Shown: positions 1-9,893 of the stretch, piece after piece
Layout: every line of letters begins with the position of its first letter
Numbering within the stretch: the stretch's first letter is position 1
Virus record (IMG/VR): IMGVR_UViG_3300013121_000054
Location: 9,250 to 73,249 of that record
Source of the DNA: a virus
Lineage: Duplodnaviria > Caudoviricetes
Length of the DNA stretch: 64,000 nucleotides
Strand: one strand, 5' to 3'
Translations under genes and position numbers: made by a program
The notes under the pieces: generated by a model
Seen by the model: the letters and a program-made list of their open reading frames with translations, nothing else
Told to the model about the DNA's origin: nothing
Databases searched by the model: none

Positions 1-230
1 GGATCGGGTCGCTTGAACTTTATGAGGCATACTGCCGGTACATGCGCGGCATCCAATTAACACCGCTCGGGCTGCGCCGCTTCTCAGCGGATATTGAAGC
101 GCGCAAAGGCATCGAAAAGAAGCGCAGCAGCACCGGCTTCTTCTTCCAAGGAATCCGCCTCAAATCCGGCTCTGAGCAAGATATGAGCTATGACGAAGTG
201 GAGCACGAGCCCGAAATTCTCGCCGTATAG
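1..230 (+). CDS. C-terminal winged-helix end of a D5/P4-family primase-helicase (5' partial)
   Basis: The frame of ORF 42..230 is open back to base 3: IGSLELYEAYCRYMRGIQLTPLGLRRFSADIEARKGIEKKRSSTGFFFQGIRLK, the typical LY..Y..W/Y..F...L..KR...G..F.GI.L tail of phage primases. Confidence 0.7.
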   Translation, partial: IGSLELYEAYCRYMRGIQLTPLGLRRFSADIEARKGIEKKRSSTGFFFQGIRLKSGSEQDMSYDEVEHEPEILAV

Positions 231-256
231 CTACTATATAAACTAAAGGGGTAACA

Positions 257-496
257 ATGGCTCACAAACCTAACTATAAGACTATCAACTGCCAGTATCC
301 AGAGGTATCGATTCATCAAATGGACTTTATTGCAATGGTGCTGGGTATGACCCGCACCGAGCTCCTGCGTGATGCGCTGCGGGTGTATATACGCCAGTTT
401 CGGCAAGATACGGCGCCGAAACTGCGCGAAGAGATCGATCGCAAGTTGCTGATCGAAGAGCCAGAGAAGCTGGAGAAGGCTAAAAGCAAGTGCTGA
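257..496 (+). CDS. Ribbon-helix-helix (CopG/Arc-like) DNA-binding protein
   Basis: KTINCQYPEVSIHQMDFIA..LGMTRTELLRDAL..YI fits the RHH strand-helix-helix pattern; AAGGGG RBS upstream. Confidence 0.7.
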   Translation: MAHKPNYKTINCQYPEVSIHQMDFIAMVLGMTRTELLRDALRVYIRQFRQDTAPKLREEIDRKLLIEEPEKLEKAKSKC

Positions 497-702
497 GCGA
501 GGTGCTAATGCAGATAGCGATTGAATCACCGCCAATCAGGTATCCCTTCTATCGCGAGGTTTTGATCGCGGCGGCTGTCCGGAATTTTGAGCGCCTGAGA
601 TTTTGGCAGCTCGTGCTCCCTCTGCCGTGCAACCGCGCGCAATGGCGCGTAAAAAGATTGATCACTAGATCTCTGGTTTACTTGGCTGAAAATGGCCTAT
701 AA
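490..702 (+). CDS. Hypothetical protein
   Basis: ORF overlaps the stop of the RHH gene (coupled); no family recognised. Confidence 0.45.
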   Translation: MLSEVLMQIAIESPPIRYPFYREVLIAAAVRNFERLRFWQLVLPLPCNRAQWRVKRLITRSLVYLAENGL

Positions 703-942
703 TCCCGATCAGCAGAGGGTGCGGATCTTTGATCCAATGCTAATGCTGAGACACCATAGTCACAGTAGGTTGTGTTGTGCCGTGCTTGTATGAAATAGAG
801 ACAAGAATTTCAGCGGAGTTACACAATGGAACCGTTTCGGCGCCGTGTTGGTAACCATAAGCGGTGGTCATACATACTGAGCCAAGCCTGCTACGGCAGA
901 CCAAATAATATGCAGAGCCCAGGGTGAGTCACACACCTAAAA

Positions 943-968
943 GCAGCCCCGAAAGGGGCTGCCGTTTT
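943..968. terminator. Bidirectional intrinsic terminator between convergent arms
   Basis: GCAGCCCC-GAAA-GGGGCTGC hairpin flanked by AAAA and TTTT. Confidence 0.85.
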
Positions 969-1560
969 ATGCACACTTCCAGATCAGCCTGGTGCCACTC
1001 CACGCAAGATGCCCGGGTCGCAGCGACTTGCCACCAGGTGGAATCAAATCTCTATACCAGTTCAGCTTTCGTACTTCTTCCAGGGAGTTGCGATCGAAGA
1101 GGTGGCGCTCGACAGCCCGCCGCCTGACCAGACCGGTCAGAATAACGCCCTTGCGCTCCCCGTGGAACCACTCATCAGCACCATCTGCAAAGCCATGCAA
1201 ATCGCCTGCGCAAAGTTTGTGAAAGCTCTCGGCAGTATCCCAGCCCTTGCCGTTATAAGACCAGCTCAGAAAAGCTGCTTTCTGCCCGGGTGTCATCTTT
1301 GCAGCGATGGCAGCCGGCACTTTGTGCACGAAGATCTCATAGCGCCGCTGGATGCCCTCGGCAAGCCATTTGTCTGCGGTTTCGCGGGTGATGTGCATCG
1401 GATGCGCAGAAAGAGGTATTGCGGTACCCCAGCCGATGGTCGCCTGCAGGTGCTCCTCCCCCTTCACGATATAGCTGTCGAGATGGCAGTTATCACTGGC
1501 CTCGAAATGCTCGATCACTGGCAGGGTGATAGCAAGAGTAGCGGGATCTATCGCGGTCAT
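967..1560 (-). CDS. Endolysin, GH24 phage lysozyme family
   Basis: IEHFE..L.SY...TIGWG N-terminus, ALLSWSYN-like AFLSWSYNG, and C-terminal LTGLVRRRAVERHLF. Confidence 0.9.
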   Translation of the reverse strand: MTAIDPATLAITLPVIEHFEASDNCHLDSYIVKGEEHLQATIGWGTAIPLSAHPMHITRETADKWLAEGIQRRYEIFVHKVPAAIAAKMTPGQKAAFLSWSYNGKGWDTAESFHKLCAGDLHGFADGADEWFHGERKGVILTGLVRRRAVERHLFDRNSLEEVRKLNWYRDLIPPGGKSLRPGHLAWSGTRLIWKCA

Positions 1561-1829
1561 TTGGAATACTGCTCGACAAGCTGAGCAACGGCTTGGCAGA
1601 CCTGCTTCTCATGCCCGCCGAAAAGGCACCAGGCACCAAAGCCCACGGCTGCGCCGCCGCCAACATAGAGCGGAAAAACTAAGACCTTTCTCGTGTAGTG
1701 CCCGGCTTTTTGTACCAGGACTTTCACGACCCCCGGCTTTTTAACCGGCTCGGGAGGAGTCAAGTCGTCTGCATAGACGGCTTGTGTCGAGAGAATTGCT
1801 ACCGTGAGCACCTTAACGAGAGTTTTCAT
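1557..1829 (-). CDS. Small exported protein in the lysis cassette
   Basis: Signal-peptide-like MKTLVKVLTVAILSTQAVYA, Pro-rich linker, hydrophobic C-terminal stretch; overlaps the lysozyme start. Confidence 0.6.
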   Translation of the reverse strand: MKTLVKVLTVAILSTQAVYADDLTPPEPVKKPGVVKVLVQKAGHYTRKVLVFPLYVGGGAAVGFGAWCLFGGHEKQVCQAVAQLVEQYSK

Positions 1830-2133
1830 CTTTCTTCTTCTCCAGATATGCCTTCTTGCGATCTTTTGGGAAAGCGAAGGCGATGATTATTGCCAGGGCA
1901 GACAGGCTCGACCAGAGGATTCGCTCTTGATGCCAGGGCTCGTGCCGAATCAGACAGTCAATCCAAGTCAGCATCATATAGACCATCGGTGTAGCAGCGA
2001 CGGTCTGACCACAGCGGCGAACCACATCAGCCTTTGATTCCGTCAAGTGGTCTTCGCACTTAACGCAAAGGTGAGTAGTTATCTCTCCGTCGAATGGCGG
2101 CTCTTCTGATTGTGGTGCTGGCAGCTCAGCCAT
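1813..2133 (-). CDS. Putative holin-like membrane protein
   Basis: Hydrophobic segments followed by a basic C-terminus (PKDRKKAYLEKKK); upstream of the endolysin. Confidence 0.5.
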   Translation of the reverse strand: MAELPAPQSEEPPFDGEITTHLCVKCEDHLTESKADVVRRCGQTVAATPMVYMMLTWIDCLIRHEPWHQERILWSSLSALAIIIAFAFPKDRKKAYLEKKKDENSR

Positions 2134-2273
2134 CTGTGCGGATTCCTATAGTGAAGCAAGCCGCAGGCCGCACACACAAAAGCCACCGGCAATACAATGT
2201 CCTTGAGTAAAGCGATCAAATCCATTGGGTGTGTTCCTGTCTGTTTTGAGAGTCACAAGAGCCCGAGGGCTCG

Positions 2274-2690
2274 CTATTTTGTCAGCTCGTCCGCGGCTTC
2301 CTTGAGAATTGCGGGTGCTGACTGAGCCAAGAACATTGCGCGCTTTTGGATCGCGAAGAGTCTTGGCAATGCGTGGAACAGCACCAGGAGATCGGCGCCA
2401 TTCAAATACTTGTCTGCTTCGATCGTTAACACGCCGATAGCTTCAGAGAATTTTTTCTCTGCGAGATCACTTAGGACTACCGGGCCGCTTTCCACCGATG
2501 CCTTCTCCATCTTTTCGAGCACTGGATCAAGCTCGGCATTCAGAGCAGCAAAGTCATCTTTGATCTGTGCCAGATCGGCGTGACCATCATGATCACCATC
2601 GACCTTCTCAAACTTATCTCTGGCGTGATCTACCGAGACCTTAGCCTCCGCCTGTTTTTCTTGGATGAAGCTCTTGATTGGATTGAACAT
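2274..2690 (-). CDS. Hypothetical helical protein
   Basis: ORF 2274..2735; more likely start is ATG 2690 (MFNPIK) behind GGTGG. Confidence 0.55.
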   Translation of the reverse strand: MFNPIKSFIQEKQAEAKVSVDHARDKFEKVDGDHDGHADLAQIKDDFAALNAELDPVLEKMEKASVESGPVVLSDLAEKKFSEAIGVLTIEADKYLNGADLLVLFHALPRLFAIQKRAMFLAQSAPAILKEAADELTK

Positions 2691-2780
2691 TTCCACCACC
2701 GAGGAAAGGGATTTTGAATGCCGTGTATTGTGCACAAGACATAATGCTAAGCATGGTGCAGGTTTCCTGCACCGTCAAAG

Positions 2781-4253
2781 CTAATAATCGATATTTTGCT
2801 TCTCTGCGACCACAGTAGTCGCATCGAGTGGAGATGGTTGAGGATTCAGCGTGTCTATCTCGATGTAGATCTTGTCTGTCGGAAGCAAGTGCAGGCTGGC
2901 CGATGTGCCAGTCAGCACAAGAGTATTGGCTGAATCGGGAGAAAGTGTGCTGAGGTCAAGCGGTCCACCATTAATCAGGGTCGGCCCGCCATAATTCTTG
3001 GTGATAATCAGCGTACCACCAGGCGCGCCACCGACCGAAATTGTCAGTCTCGTGATATCGCACTCACGAACCGGTGGCAAATAGGTGTAATAAGCAGTGT
3101 TATCAGCGAGCGCCAAGCCACCGCCCGGCGTGAAAGTGAGCAGCTCGCGCTTCGCCGCCGGCCCAATGATTGCCTGCTGGAAAAGATTTTGAACCGCCAC
3201 CACGCCATTCAGCAGCGGATTGAGCAGTGTCTTGTGATCGAGAGTCTGCGTACCATTCACGGTGGCCATTGTGTCGGTGGCTTCAGGAACCGTTACCGTC
3301 GCCCCTGCCGCAGTCTCCAGAGAATTGCTACCGAGCTTCGGGGCTGCGGTGAAGGTCTGCTTAAGGCTGAAAGTCTGCGCCGCATCGGTCTTGGCAGTAT
3401 TGCTGCTGACACTAACGGTGGTGGCGCCACTCGCAGTGGCAATGTTTATACCAGTGCCCTGTGTAAGCACCGTGCCTTGCGGGTAGTTTGGATCGGCAGC
3501 AGTGAGCACCACATGCGCCTGCTGGAGTGAATTGCCGTTTTTGTAGATCGGTGAAAGGGCAGCCAGGCGGGTAATGGCTGTAACCGTGGAGCCATTGCTG
3601 ACCACTTTCTGGAGAGCAAGCCCGGGCTGACCAGTAGGTGCCGCCGCGCCATTTGTCACAGCCACATGATTAACCGAGCCATCGCCGAGCAGGTAATCAT
3701 AAGTATCTTTGCTGGCGGTGTAGGTATAGCTATAGCCGCTCGACACCACACGGATGCCTTGTGAATAGGCGATTCCAGAGGGAGTGGTGACTGCAAAGCC
3801 GCTACCCGGCACCGAGCCTAAGAGCCCCGAGACTACCCAATCTGCAAATACATCGCCAGTGGTCAGCTTCGGTGTCAGATCCTTGTCGGAATACTGCCGC
3901 CAGACGGCCGCGCCGACTGTCGGATCTACGCAGACATATGCCTGCTTCGCTACAGCATCGATCCAGAGCGAGCCGATGCCATAACCGTCTGCCGAGTCGT
4001 CACCCACCGCAGGTGCGACAGATGCGCTCAGATTAGTCTTCGGACCATTGAGCGACTGCCAGCTCGTGCCGTTATACATCCAAAGCACGCCATTGTTTAG
4101 CACGTAGGTCTTATTGGCGGTTGGATTCGGGATCGCGCTTGTGGACTGGTTAAAATACAATCCGACAGAAGACGCAGTAGCCCAAGCAAAGGGCATAACA
4201 CATGCCGCAATGCCGATAAGCAGAGCGATCTTCTTCTTGTTACGCAGCATCAA
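2781..4253 (-). CDS. Tail fibre-like protein with N-terminal signal peptide
   Basis: Fibre motif APAVGDDSADGYGIGSLWID..AYVCVD..GAAVW; Thr/Ala/Gly-rich beta segments; N-terminus (M)LRNKKKIALLIGIAACVMPFAWA. Confidence 0.75.
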   Translation of the reverse strand: MMLRNKKKIALLIGIAACVMPFAWATASSVGLYFNQSTSAIPNPTANKTYVLNNGVLWMYNGTSWQSLNGPKTNLSASVAPAVGDDSADGYGIGSLWIDAVAKQAYVCVDPTVGAAVWRQYSDKDLTPKLTTGDVFADWVVSGLLGSVPGSGFAVTTPSGIAYSQGIRVVSSGYSYTYTASKDTYDYLLGDGSVNHVAVTNGAAAPTGQPGLALQKVVSNGSTVTAITRLAALSPIYKNGNSLQQAHVVLTAADPNYPQGTVLTQGTGINIATASGATTVSVSSNTAKTDAAQTFSLKQTFTAAPKLGSNSLETAAGATVTVPEATDTMATVNGTQTLDHKTLLNPLLNGVVAVQNLFQQAIIGPAAKRELLTFTPGGGLALADNTAYYTYLPPVRECDITRLTISVGGAPGGTLIITKNYGGPTLINGGPLDLSTLSPDSANTLVLTGTSASLHLLPTDKIYIEIDTLNPQPSPLDATTVVAEKQNIDY

Positions 4254-5616
4254 GCCCTTTCTCCTTTACGTCGTCACCTACGCCTACTTTGACGATCTTG
4301 CCACCACCCTTGATGTCTTCGCCATGCAAGTAGTCATGGCAGAGATTCTCAAATTGCCCTTTGGGTCCAAAGGAGGCCATGAGCGAAGCGACCGATCTGT
4401 CTGTCGCATCGAATCTATTTGTGCCATGCAGCTTGGCCAGGGCAGCCATAAAGGTAGCGCGTTTCTCGACCTGCACGATTAGCGGCAAGGTCGGTCTGCC
4501 GGTGATTGTCTCGATCACACCTGCATCGCCACCATTGCCAGCATCGCCACCAGAGCCGCCACCAGCGCCGCCGCTTCCGCCGGTCAGCGTCACGGTGCCA
4601 GAGCCGCTGAAACTCGGTGCAAATCTAAGATAGATACCGCCCGAGCCACCGCCGCCGCCACCACCTTTGCCGAGCCCTGCGCCGCCCTGGCCGCCGCTGA
4701 TGATGATCTTGCCGTTGTTAACGATGGTTGTCTGGCTAAAAAAGAAAACAGATCCACCCGCGCCGCCGCCGCCACCGCCATGGCCCGTGGCAGTTGCGAC
4801 GCCGCCATCGGAGCCAAACGACGATACTTGTCCACCGCTGCTGATCGTGATGCTGCCCGCAGCCACTATGCGAAGCGAGCCAGGAGCCGCGCCTGCGTCT
4901 TGGGAATCATCAGCATTTTGATCCGGATTGGGATCGGAAGGGTGTGGGTGTGGCGCATGGGTGACTGGAGGATTCCAAAACCGCAGCAAGCCAGAGCCGC
5001 CAGAATCCCAGTGGTTGAGCACAGCAGCATAGTGATCCCAAATCAGACCGCCGTGCAGGCGCGGGCGTCCGCCCAAATACTGCCTGCCGCCCGGGGCTAG
5101 CGATTTAGCGCCGCCGCCACCACCACCACCACCATAATTGCCGGTAGCTACGCTGGCACCCTGACCACCGCCGCCCCCAATGCCGGAATCCGAGCCGAGC
5201 CCATTACCGCCATCGCCGCCGACGCCACCATTGCCGCCGCCACCACCGCCGCCATCGCCCCCGGTGCCAGTGGTGTCACCGCCACCAGAGCCGCCACCAG
5301 GACCATTGCCGCCAGCACCTGGACCGCCGCCTTTATAGTCATGGTTAACGTTGATCAAGCCCAGGATCGACACATTGCCGAGGGCATTAAGCACAGAGCC
5401 GCTCGGTAGCACCTGGGCTTGAGATGCAGCAACCGTGAAATTCTGATGATTGCGTTGGATCTGGGTATTTTCAGCCACGCTCGTGCTGATCGTGACCGAT
5501 CCGTCGCTCCCATCGCCGCCGAATCTAACCCAGCCAGGGCGCTGCGCCGTAGCATTCGCCATGGCTCCAGACGACAGAAGAAGAGCAGCCACCAAGGCTG
5601 GAATCGTAAGCTTCAT
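4240..5616 (-). CDS. Glycine-rich fibre/adhesin subunit with signal peptide
   Basis: FGGDGSDG followed by repeated GG-rich strands (polyglycine-II-sandwich-like); N-terminus MKLTIPALVAALLLSSGAMA; located in the fibre module. Confidence 0.75.
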   Translation of the reverse strand: MKLTIPALVAALLLSSGAMANATAQRPGWVRFGGDGSDGSVTISTSVAENTQIQRNHQNFTVAASQAQVLPSGSVLNALGNVSILGLINVNHDYKGGGPGAGGNGPGGGSGGGDTTGTGGDGGGGGGGNGGVGGDGGNGLGSDSGIGGGGGQGASVATGNYGGGGGGGGAKSLAPGGRQYLGGRPRLHGGLIWDHYAAVLNHWDSGGSGLLRFWNPPVTHAPHPHPSDPNPDQNADDSQDAGAAPGSLRIVAAGSITISSGGQVSSFGSDGGVATATGHGGGGGGAGGSVFFFSQTTIVNNGKIIISGGQGGAGLGKGGGGGGGSGGIYLRFAPSFSGSGTVTLTGGSGGAGGGSGGDAGNGGDAGVIETITGRPTLPLIVQVEKRATFMAALAKLHGTNRFDATDRSVASLMASFGPKGQFENLCHDYLHGEDIKGGGKIVKVGVGDDVKEKGLDAA

Positions 5617-6903
5617 TTAGCCTCCCGCGTAAGCATCGAGTATGAAATAGTTGCCCGGGGCATTGCCTCCATCCGCCTTGAGGCGCACAGAGTCGCCACC
5701 TTTGACCAGTTCATACTTGTCTGAGTGTTCAATTTGATTGCTACCGGTCGGCCAGATCGTCGCCGTATAGCCGACGTTAGTATCAATCCGCTTGAGCGTG
5801 ATATCTTTCGTATCTACCGTGTCAGGGATGTGGATATCCACCGCAGGAGTCTGTACGTTCAAGAAGTAAACGCCAGAATCAGAGATGGTGAGGGGAAATG
5901 TATCCTCGTAATTGGGCGGATCGTCGAGGCCGCCGCCACCACCGCCACCACCGACAGTGCTCATCGACTGCCAGAGCGTGCCCGAGATCCACGTCCAGAC
6001 ATTAACGAGAGAGCCGCTCACGACCTCAAAAGCGATCATCCCTTGCGCCCCAGCGGTGCCATTGGGGTCAGCCGATACTACTTTGAACAGCGGCAGCTTC
6101 CACCCCGAGCCAGGGCTGGTGCTGGCCACTAGAAGATTGGCAAAGGGGAGAATCCCTTGAACTTCGGACGTGAGATCGATCTGCGGAGCCTGACCGCCGC
6201 CGCCCAGGTGGTGCTGAGTATAAAGACCGCCAGCGAAAGGCGCGCGAGGGTAGCCGGAATACGCATCAGGGCCAGCCACTTTGATGTCAGCATCGACCAC
6301 CTGGGTCTGCCCTTGGTGCAGGTTGATCAGGTACATCGGCACATAGCCCGCAGTGGCCGCTGGTGGCACTTCGCCGCCGCCGCCTGCCGGATTGCCATAG
6401 GTGAGCTTAATGTCTGCCAATCCATGCCTTATGCTTGGCGTGGGGTCGCCGCTGTCGGCAGGGCCGTCGAGCGGATTGCCAGGATCGGACGTGTTGTAAA
6501 ACTTTTTGACGGGCTCAGGGTCGCCTTCTCGCTGATCGTCGGATTGCTTGAATCCAACTTGTATAAGAGCCCATTTGTGCTGTCCGGTGGTCAGGTCGCT
6601 GATATCGAACTCAATCACCTTGCCATCTGTGGTGCCCATCTGGTAGACCAGCGTTGAGTCTTCATCGAATGGCCCCCACGGATCGGCATCCATGACGGTC
6701 TTCTGGAGCAGGATGCCTTGCCCGATGTTGATCGACATATCTGGAGAGAGTTGCGCGGTCGCTGCGAAATATCTCAGCGCAGCATCATCGCTACCCAGCA
6801 GCAGCTCGGCAAGCTTTCCGTAACCAGTGATTACATCCTTGATGAAGGACAGAAAATCGAAGGCGCGAATCTGTTGCAGAGACTCAATATAAGGTTTTTC
6901 CAC
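5617..6903 (-). CDS. Baseplate-proximal tail fibre protein
   Basis: Directly follows the baseplate wedge gene; likely start GTG 6903 (VEKPYIE) after AGGAGA; N-terminal anchor-like region, poly-Gly hinge, C-terminal beta domain. Confidence 0.75.
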   Translation of the reverse strand: MEKPYIESLQQIRAFDFLSFIKDVITGYGKLAELLLGSDDAALRYFAATAQLSPDMSINIGQGILLQKTVMDADPWGPFDEDSTLVYQMGTTDGKVIEFDISDLTTGQHKWALIQVGFKQSDDQREGDPEPVKKFYNTSDPGNPLDGPADSGDPTPSIRHGLADIKLTYGNPAGGGGEVPPAATAGYVPMYLINLHQGQTQVVDADIKVAGPDAYSGYPRAPFAGGLYTQHHLGGGGQAPQIDLTSEVQGILPFANLLVASTSPGSGWKLPLFKVVSADPNGTAGAQGMIAFEVVSGSLVNVWTWISGTLWQSMSTVGGGGGGGGLDDPPNYEDTFPLTISDSGVYFLNVQTPAVDIHIPDTVDTKDITLKRIDTNVGYTATIWPTGSNQIEHSDKYELVKGGDSVRLKADGGNAPGNYFILDAYAGG

Positions 6904-6925
6904 ACTTTCTCTCCTGGTCTTGAGC

Positions 6926-8305
6926 CTATGGCTCAAAGATGGCCCAGTAGAGATTCTGTGTGTCGTCTGGCGGCTGCGCAAAGGTAAAAGTGAGTGTATT
7001 CGGTGTTTTGTCGATCAACACCTGAGTATTCCACTCAGCCATCGCAAATGCCTCAAACGGTCGCCGAGTCTTGATCGGTATCACGAATTGTGTGGTGCCA
7101 GGCGGAATCTCGACTTTGCCGGCCTTGCCATCCGCAGTGGGAAAGAAGCCATACGAGATGGCAGCTCCGCTCGGGGCTGGCACAGCGGAAAAGTTTATCG
7201 CTTTGTGAGTGGAGTCGGTGGCATCCACGTCGAGCCACAGTGCTGTATTCCAGTTCGGCGTCACAATCAGCACATAGCTGCTCAGGGCAGCCGGCACTCC
7301 GATTCTCTGACTGATTGCATCTTGCCTGATCCGAAGTTGCCCAAAGCCTGGAGTGAGAAGAGAAGCTGCGATCCAGTCGCATCTGGCACCCTGCGGCGCA
7401 GCAGTCGAGAAGATCAGGCGGAAGCCACCGCCCGGCAGTCTCTTTGTGCTGACCGTTGTATTCCAGTTGGCATTTGTGAGCACCGCAAATGGTGAGTTGA
7501 AAGGTGGCGAGAGCGTGACATCGCGGAAGGTATTGCCCTCTCTGATGGTATAAGAGCCGCCAGTCGGCTGTGTGCGGAAGAACTGATTATTATACTGGCG
7601 GAATACTTTGGTGCCATACGCCTTGACGCGATTTACAAGCTCATCGAGCCGCGCCGCATTCAGGAACCACGAAGCATCAAACTGTGTATAAAAACTGGCA
7701 TCCCAGAAGCCATTCGCATCAAAAGCTACAAAGCCGGTGGACTTAAGACCCTTAACGCGCGGCAGCGGTGAGATGAATGCACCCTTCCATCGGAGCGCGG
7801 GATTTGCCCAGCGCGCAGGCGCCTGCTGGTTGTCCACATCCCAGTAGCTATTCGCATCAAAGGCGCCAGTGTCTTGCAGTCGCCACGGCTCGATCACGCG
7901 CGGAGTCAGCCCGGTGAAGCGTTCGATCATCTTAATCAGGGCTGGTCTGGTGGCAGCCGGCAAGAACATATTATCGATGATCCGTTGGCGAAAGGCTTCA
8001 TCACTCTCACCCAGCACCCTGGTGACCAGCGCGGGGAAGCCATAAGCAGGGCCAAGAAAATCATTCGCGACCAGATCGAGCGCTTCGCCCTCAGCCGTCA
8101 TCAGTCGGCAGGCGTGGAAGACGTAAAGCAAATTATTATTCGTCACCTCAAGCTCAGCGCCCACTGCTTTGAACAGTGAGTAAAGCTTGCCTCCTGGGGC
8201 TCGCGCAGTCTCACCAGCCCACTCTGCTGGAAAGGTAGAGAGGAGCCTCACGGCCCAATCGTCGGCGTCAAGATCTGTTCTGATTTGGGTGGGTATATCT
8301 GGCAT
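6926..8305 (-). CDS. Baseplate wedge protein (gpI/gp48-like) with C-terminal extension
   Basis: Follows baseplate J; LMTAEGEALDLVANDFLG..RVLGESDEAFRQRI..ATRPALI motif. Confidence 0.8.
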   Translation of the reverse strand: MPDIPTQIRTDLDADDWAVRLLSTFPAEWAGETARAPGGKLYSLFKAVGAELEVTNNNLLYVFHACRLMTAEGEALDLVANDFLGPAYGFPALVTRVLGESDEAFRQRIIDNMFLPAATRPALIKMIERFTGLTPRVIEPWRLQDTGAFDANSYWDVDNQQAPARWANPALRWKGAFISPLPRVKGLKSTGFVAFDANGFWDASFYTQFDASWFLNAARLDELVNRVKAYGTKVFRQYNNQFFRTQPTGGSYTIREGNTFRDVTLSPPFNSPFAVLTNANWNTTVSTKRLPGGGFRLIFSTAAPQGARCDWIAASLLTPGFGQLRIRQDAISQRIGVPAALSSYVLIVTPNWNTALWLDVDATDSTHKAINFSAVPAPSGAAISYGFFPTADGKAGKVEIPPGTTQFVIPIKTRRPFEAFAMAEWNTQVLIDKTPNTLTFTFAQPPDDTQNLYWAIFEP

Positions 8306-9520
8306 TTAGTATGTGCTCACGATGATCGACTCTGAGCGGATGCGCAAAATGTGCTTGTAGAAAACAGGAATATCATCGAAGCGATCAGGATCATCCTGAG
8401 TGAGCAGCACGCCGCTTGCTTCGCCGACGCCGAGAATCGAATCGTCCGAATCCTGTACCGCACGCAGCACCTGGCTGAAATAGAGAGTCTCGCCAATCTT
8501 GCGCGTGTTGACATGATCCAGCACAGCATTCTTGATTGTGTTTATCAGCTTCGATGACAGCACCACGCCTGGCTTAAGGTGCACGTAGATAGCGATCTGG
8601 TAGATCCAGATTTCCAGCGGTGGGATGACATCATATTCGACTGTGAAAGCTCGATACTCCTCAATCGAATCAGAGATTTGATCGAGCAGTTTCTTCGGCG
8701 GAGCGCCCGAGCCGTCATTGATGATCGCAAGAAAGAAACCATCTTTCGGCACGCCCTGCGCGTTTAGATTTTCATAGAGGGCGAAATCTAGCCCTTGGCG
8801 CACCTTCACGATTGCATAAGTGATAGCGCCCTTGGTGGCGCGAGCAAGACTGTTTATATAGAGGATGAATTGCGCCTTTACTTCATCGTTGGTGGCTTTA
8901 TCTTTACCATTCAAGATCGGCTGATCATTCGTGACAGACAAGCCGGTCAGTGTAGTGACTGTGAGCTGATCGGCCTGCACGTTATACGCGGTGCCAGCAT
9001 TAACAGATTCCACCCTGGCCGATACAGTCGTCTGCCCTGCTGGAATGACGTAGGCTCCAAGTGCGTTATCCCAGCCAGGCAAGCTGGTATCACCAATTAC
9101 CGTGTATTGAATCAGCGTGTCTTCTGTGCCGATCGTGGCGCCTTCAGCGATCAAGATGTCGCTCGTGGTCGGTGCAGCCAGGGAGAAAGTCACGAGCCCA
9201 ATAGCCTGCTGTGACTGCTGACGCTGCAAGCCATAATCGGCGATAAAGCTGTCAACATCGGACTCTGACTTGCAGGTCGAGAGTCGCGCATAGGCATATA
9301 CCGCATTGATCTGCCGCAGTATATACATGATGTTGATCGCGATCGATTCCATGATCGCGAGGAGTGGATCGCCCGGTGTGAGATTGGGCACCAGATTCAG
9401 TGCGCCCGCCCAGGAGGCAACCAGGGAGCTTACCAACTGCTGGAAAGTCTTGATCTTAAGTGCCACTTTGCTGCTGCTCCTGATTGCCAATGCTGAATTT
9501 AATGGCAGACTTTGTGCCAT
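8306..9520 (-). CDS. Baseplate J-like protein
   Basis: TPGDPLLAI.E, A.G.VTFS, GT.YNVQA.Q, VTN....NG.D motifs typical of baseplate J. Confidence 0.9.
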   Translation of the reverse strand: MAQSLPLNSALAIRSSSKVALKIKTFQQLVSSLVASWAGALNLVPNLTPGDPLLAIMESIAINIMYILRQINAVYAYARLSTCKSESDVDSFIADYGLQRQQSQQAIGLVTFSLAAPTTSDILIAEGATIGTEDTLIQYTVIGDTSLPGWDNALGAYVIPAGQTTVSARVESVNAGTAYNVQADQLTVTTLTGLSVTNDQPILNGKDKATNDEVKAQFILYINSLARATKGAITYAIVKVRQGLDFALYENLNAQGVPKDGFFLAIINDGSGAPPKKLLDQISDSIEEYRAFTVEYDVIPPLEIWIYQIAIYVHLKPGVVLSSKLINTIKNAVLDHVNTRKIGETLYFSQVLRAVQDSDDSILGVGEASGVLLTQDDPDRFDDIPVFYKHILRIRSESIIVSTY

Positions 9521-9884
9521 CTAGCAACCAGAAGTCGGCCTGGACTTTGAGAATATCCGGCCTTGGCTGGCTGAAAGTTATCACCGGGAAGAGACTGGGA
9601 TCAACAGCCGCATCCATCTTAATGCCCTGCTCTGTAACCTGCCTGATCTTCGCTTTCTGATCATCGGTGAATTTGCCTTGCACGAATGCGCGAAAAGAGA
9701 GCCCATACTGCGGGTGGAAGATGTAATCGGGCGGGATGATCTCACCGCTCAGAATGGTCTTACTATTTGTCAAAATGCGCCGAGCGATGCGAGAGACTAC
9801 CTCATCTTCTCCATCTTCGGTGACCAGTCCACCATTCTGATTGACTACAAGATCCTCGCCCCAATTTAATTTTAGAGCCGTCAT
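9456..9884 (-). CDS. Baseplate sheath initiator (gp46/gp25-like)
   Basis: WGEDLVV...GGL...G....RI.RRILTN....Y.FHP.YG pattern; lies between spike and J. Confidence 0.8.
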   Translation of the reverse strand: MTALKLNWGEDLVVNQNGGLVTEDGEDEVVSRIARRILTNSKTILSGEIIPPDYIFHPQYGLSFRAFVQGKFTDDQKAKIRQVTEQGIKMDAAVDPSLFPVITFSQPRPDILKVQADFWLLDGTKSAIKFSIGNQEQQQSGT

Positions 9885-9893
9885 GCCGCCTCC

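Noticed and set aside
700-960. Left att site matching the recJ/int junction
   Set aside because: No copy of the 60820-60860 sequence found by eye here; phage-like genes continue to base 1.
2079-2225. 48-aa hydrophobic ORF (MDLIALLKDIVLPVAFVCAACGLL) as a second holin
   Set aside because: Short, overlaps ORF 1813..2133 by 55 nt and has no clear RBS; not supportable by eye.
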